DNA of 64,000 nucleotides from Candidatus Latescibacterota bacterium (GTDB lineage Bacteria; Latescibacterota; UBA2968; GCA-2709665): NCBI GenBank assembly GCA_965222075.1, contig OZ244937.1, positions 2,976,001 to 3,040,000 of the forward strand, read 5' to 3'. Shown piece by piece: positions 62,422 to 64,000 of this stretch (position 1 is its first letter; each line of letters starts with the position of its first letter). The notes under the pieces were generated by a model. It saw only the letters and a program-made list of their open reading frames with translations, ran no database searches and was not told where the DNA came from. The position numbers and the translations under genes were made by a program.

Positions 62422-63438
62422 TCAACAGCGTAAAATGGATTTGCTTAACCGTGAAATTTCGGTATACCCTTTCTCAGCTGCATAGCTGCACAGTGCAGAG
62501 AGAAACGCGCGCTCCCGCCGGTTCAAATCCAGTTCCGGATTCTGCCCCAAATGTGTTTGAACAAACTGAAGGTCCCGTATTATTTCTTCCGCCAACATAG
62601 AATTCGCCACAATCCATAGACGCTTCAACAGTGCCTTAAGATCATATTCCGGATTTTCAGGTGTATCTGAAGCGTCAGTCAAATAGGCTCCCAGGGGAAG
62701 CTCCCAATAGGCCTTTTGCAGAATAATACGATGATACCATAAGTGCTTTTCACTTAACAACGATATATCGAATGTATCTTTAGCCGACCCCCTGCTCCCC
62801 TCATGCTTCCGAATCTTCACCGTTGGACGTTCGATAACACCTGCCTTAAAGCCAGCCCTTACCAGCCGGATCCACATGTCGTAGTCCTGTGCCCGGATTA
62901 ACCGTTCATCATAGTGTCCTGCACGATCGTAGCATTGCTTTCGAACGACAACCGAACCGCTACAAATAAAATTGCTGCTTAAGAGTCGGGCCAGCATCTC
63001 TCCTTCAGAAGGAGTAAGAGGCTCGATGGTCCGGATAACACAATCAGGATTTTCATCGTTGAAAATCTCAAAGCCTGTATAAATAAATCCTATTTCAGGA
63101 TCTTCTTTAAACAGGGATATGTGTGCTTCTATCTTATCCGCCAGGGCGATATCGTCATCATCGAAGATCCAGACATAATCGCCTGTGACATACCGTAGCC
63201 CGAGGTTCACGGCAGAGGACTTACCGCCGTTTGGCTTCTCGAGATACACAATACAATCTTTGAAAGTCTCCAACCTCTCCTTCGTTTCATCTGTAGACCC
63301 GTCATTGACAACAACGATCTCTAAATTCCTATAAGTTTGTCCCAATACGCTTTTGAGCGACTGGATCAGATACGCAGCTCGATTGTAGGTTGGGATAATG
63401 ACTGAGACTTGTTCTTGATTTTTCATGTTATTCGACAT
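62422..63438 (-). CDS. Glycosyltransferase family 2
   Basis: [25 protein letters not shown]. Confidence 0.92.
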   Translation of the reverse strand: MSNNMKNQEQVSVIIPTYNRAAYLIQSLKSVLGQTYRNLEIVVVNDGSTDETKERLETFKDCIVYLEKPNGGKSSAVNLGLRYVTGDYVWIFDDDDIALADKIEAHISLFKEDPEIGFIYTGFEIFNDENPDCVIRTIEPLTPSEGEMLARLLSSNFICSGSVVVRKQCYDRAGHYDERLIRAQDYDMWIRLVRAGFKAGVIERPTVKIRKHEGSRGSAKDTFDISLLSEKHLWYHRIILQKAYWELPLGAYLTDASDTPENPEYDLKALLKRLWIVANSMLAEEIIRDLQFVQTHLGQNPELDLNRRERAFLSALCSYAAEKGYTEISRLSKSILRC

Positions 63439-63726
63439 TGACAATCCTGGTCAACTCCCACTCTTCCCTATCCCTCTGCTGGTCTTCTCTTAAAGTAATA
63501 TGAGACCTTCCCTCCCGACCAAACACCCGGAACTTAGCATACCTTACCAAAAATATTACTTCAGATGAAGGAAATGTCAAGCAGCAGTTGTCATGCTCCC
63601 TTTGGGGCACCCATTGAGGATGAAAACAGTTGCGTTGACAGATTGGCGTCGCAGCAGCAGTAGCGACGTTTGATTTCCCCCCACCGGCGCGCCTTACGCC
63701 CCCCCACCGCTCAGCCGTCGCCTGGT

Positions 63727-63998
63727 GGGCAACCACAAGGGTTGCCCCTACAAATGCAACGGCGTGGACAACCACGAGGGGTGCCCACGCAAATGCTGCG
63801 GGGTTGAAGGGGCTTTTCCGCGCGGTTCCGTCCATCACCATCGTCCAAAAACGCCCCAAAGGTCCGCAGGGCAGAAGCTTCCGTTTCCACCACAGGGGCA
63901 ATTCGCGGAAAAGCAGCCCCCGCCTGCCTGTGCGTGCTGCACGCACGCAGCAGGCGCGGTGCGCGCCGCGCCTGCCTGTGCGTCGCACGCAGACAGGC
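63727..63998. repeat. Cluster of REP, MITE-like (63797-63923) and cctgcc...cagg palindromic repeats
   Basis: gggcaaccacaagggttgcccctac; copy 2 of the 28333-28458 repeat; two short palindromes. Confidence 0.8.
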
Positions 63999-64000
63999 AG

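Noticed and set aside
63428-63988. 186-aa minus-strand ORF
   Set aside because: It is mostly translated REP, MITE and palindrome sequence.

Overview
Bacterial genomic window with three accessory zones around housekeeping and catabolic genes. No rRNA, tRNA or CRISPR array was recognised. (1) 0.3-16 kb is a defence-type island: PLD-SNF2 helicase, AlbA_2/Schlafen protein, ParA, GxxExxY protein, a broken AAA ATPase with a nuclease-like partner, a frameshifted TIR-TPR-(TaqI-like specificity domain) fusion, an ABC/SMC-type ATPase with a HEPN-like tail, and an XRE/AAA_14 cassette. It also holds three orphan C-terminal tails of type IIG R-M enzymes and small repeats. (2) 16-32 kb is metabolic: a PhyH dioxygenase, a rhodanese whose catalytic codon is an in-frame UGA (probable selenocysteine), an aldo/keto reductase, a catabolic operon with an atypical sulfatase, manA, and a Co-type nitrile hydratase cluster lying between two copies of the glnS 3' end. 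(3) 32.5-41.8 kb is a four-gene operon: hypothetical, two BrxD/DUF2791-like ATPases, and a 1931-aa Lhr-like SF2 helicase-Fe-S RecB nuclease-SF1 helicase fusion. This is the best candidate for an undescribed defence system. (4) 42-56 kb holds IS debris, a lower-GC RND/beta-propeller export locus and nested ISKra4/ISLre2-like elements. (5) 56.5-64 kb holds a Ser/Thr kinase-AAA-TPR-GAF-sigma54 activator fusion, a GT2 glycosyltransferase and palindromic repeats. Family assignments come from motif recognition by eye; no database searches were run.
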